Source of the DNA: Poseidonia sp.
GTDB lineage: Archaea; Thermoplasmatota; Poseidoniia; Poseidoniales; Poseidoniaceae
Assembly: GCA_049600935.1 (NCBI GenBank)
Contig: JBMYQB010000001.1
Coordinates: 14,095-78,094, forward strand
DNA: 64,000 nucleotides
Direction: 5' to 3'
Shown here: one piece after another, positions 63,408 through 64,000 of the stretch
Position numbering within the stretch: position 1 is the first letter of the stretch
Layout: the number at the start of each line of letters is the position of its first letter
Position numbers and translations under genes: made by a program
The notes under the pieces: generated by a model
What the model was told of the DNA's origin: nothing
Seen by the model: only the letters and a program-made list of their open reading frames with translations
Databases searched by the model: none

Positions 63408-63880
63408 TGCTTGGGAACATTCATACTCCCGCTCACCCAGTTTCAACCATGCAAGCCCCGCTCCCGCCCCCGCCAGCAGCAGCCTCACCCTACCAGCCTC
63501 CAGCAGCCAGCATGGCAAAAGGGAGCATGTACACTTTCCAAAAATGGTTGATGATCGGTGCAGCCCTCCTGGTGTTTGCCACCGTCTTTGCTCAATTTCC
63601 GCTCTCGTCTTCGGAGCCCAACATTACCGACTACGACCTCGCTGACGAGAAAGAGGCTCAACAATACCTCGATGACGTGGACGGCTATGAGGGGCAAGTG
63701 GCCCTCTTTGGTGCCATGGCCACGATTCTTCAAACGGGTGCGCTGACCCTGTTGGCCTATGCCTTCTTCCGTGAGGCCCAGGAAGATGAAGGGCAACACG
63801 TGGCGGTTCGCATCACGATGATATTGGCTGGTATCATTCTGGTCACCAGCATCGTCGGTCGGAGCTTTTCCCTCTTCTGA
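63407..63880 (+). CDS. Small membrane protein (Pro-rich N-terminus, 3 predicted TM helices), last gene of the arl string
   Basis: The ATG shares one base with the arlJ stop (TGATG). MQAPLPPPPAAASPYQPPAAS, then WLMIGAALLVFATVFAQF, VALFGAMATILQTGALTLLAYAFF and ITMILAGIILVTSIVG. Alternative internal ATGs are possible. Confidence 0.55.
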   Translation: MLGNIHTPAHPVSTMQAPLPPPPAAASPYQPPAASMAKGSMYTFQKWLMIGAALLVFATVFAQFPLSSSEPNITDYDLADEKEAQQYLDDVDGYEGQVALFGAMATILQTGALTLLAYAFFREAQEDEGQHVAVRITMILAGIILVTSIVGRSFSLF

Positions 63881-63882
63881 GG

Positions 63883-64000
63883 TCAACGCTTCATCTCGTC
63901 ACGAATTCGCTTTTTGGTGGCTGCCCACGAGCAGATGGGACATGTCGTCAAATCGTGGAACCTTGCCGGGCAATATTCTCTTCCAAAGAAGATAATCTGC
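63883..64000 (-). CDS. 3' end of an HhH-GPD / endonuclease III-like gene (partial, continues beyond the window)
   Basis: The reverse frame reads ..IIFFGREYCPARFHDLTTCPICSWAATKKRIRDEMKR-stop. The FGRxxCxAR...CxxC pattern is typical of the C-terminus of Nth-like glycosylases. Only 39 codons are visible. Confidence 0.4.
   Translation of the reverse strand, partial: QIIFFGREYCPARFHDLTTCPICSWAATKKRIRDEMKR

Noticed and set aside
1-64000. Looked for CRISPR arrays, tRNA/rRNA genes, integrases, transposases, terminal inverted repeats and prophage or defence-island signatures.
   Set aside because: None seen. Intergenic space is minimal. The only repeats found are short intragenic or intergenic ones, already listed. 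Composition looks uniform by eye, but no GC-skew or k-mer computation was possible.
63899-64000. Alternative reverse frame at the right edge (..ADYLLWKRILPGKVPRFDDMSHLLVGSHQKANS-stop).
   Set aside because: The other reverse frame, ending at 63883, gives the FGRxxCxAR...CxxC pattern typical of Nth-like glycosylase C-termini, so that frame was preferred. Both are too short to be certain.

Overview
This window is a gene-dense archaeal chromosomal segment. The archaeal assignment rests on a TATA-binding protein gene with a canonical archaeal TATA/BRE promoter, a complete archaellum (arl/fla) operon, archaeal-type SepF and KaiC-like ATPases. I support about 47 protein-coding genes. I found no rRNA, tRNA, CRISPR array, integrase, transposase or prophage signature by eye.

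Housekeeping genes: glmS, maf, sepF, tbp, mvk, mutY, cysS, trxA, ileS, nadE, trhO and bcp. These are interleaved with unusually large secreted or membrane-anchored proteins:
- two tandem PKD-repeat paralogs of about 1,180-1,200 aa;
- a 1,696-aa protein;
- a roughly 1,640-aa NEW3/CARDB-repeat protein;
- an ELWxxDGT-repeat protein;
- an LTD-amidohydrolase;
- lipobox exo-enzymes.

This mix fits a planktonic heterotrophic euryarchaeon, for example a Poseidoniales or Thermoplasmatota-like lineage. That placement is inference only and I could not search anything.

Most interesting observations:
1. A tightly coupled three-gene module sits directly in front of the archaellin genes: a small HTH-like protein, a giant NEW3-repeat protein with a 5-TM C-terminus, and a coiled-coil/NEW3 protein. 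It is followed by non-canonical genes where FlaC/D/E would normally sit.
2. The giant surface proteins carry conserved Trp-rich cytoplasmic tail motifs. These are under protein-level selection, and the two paralogs lie immediately upstream of sepF.
3. A fused aconitase-X gene is translationally coupled to an SDR gene.
4. TBP carries a 23-aa insertion in its second repeat.
5. The archaellins lack any N-glycosylation sequon.

All functional calls rest on motifs I recognise by eye. No database search or computation was run.
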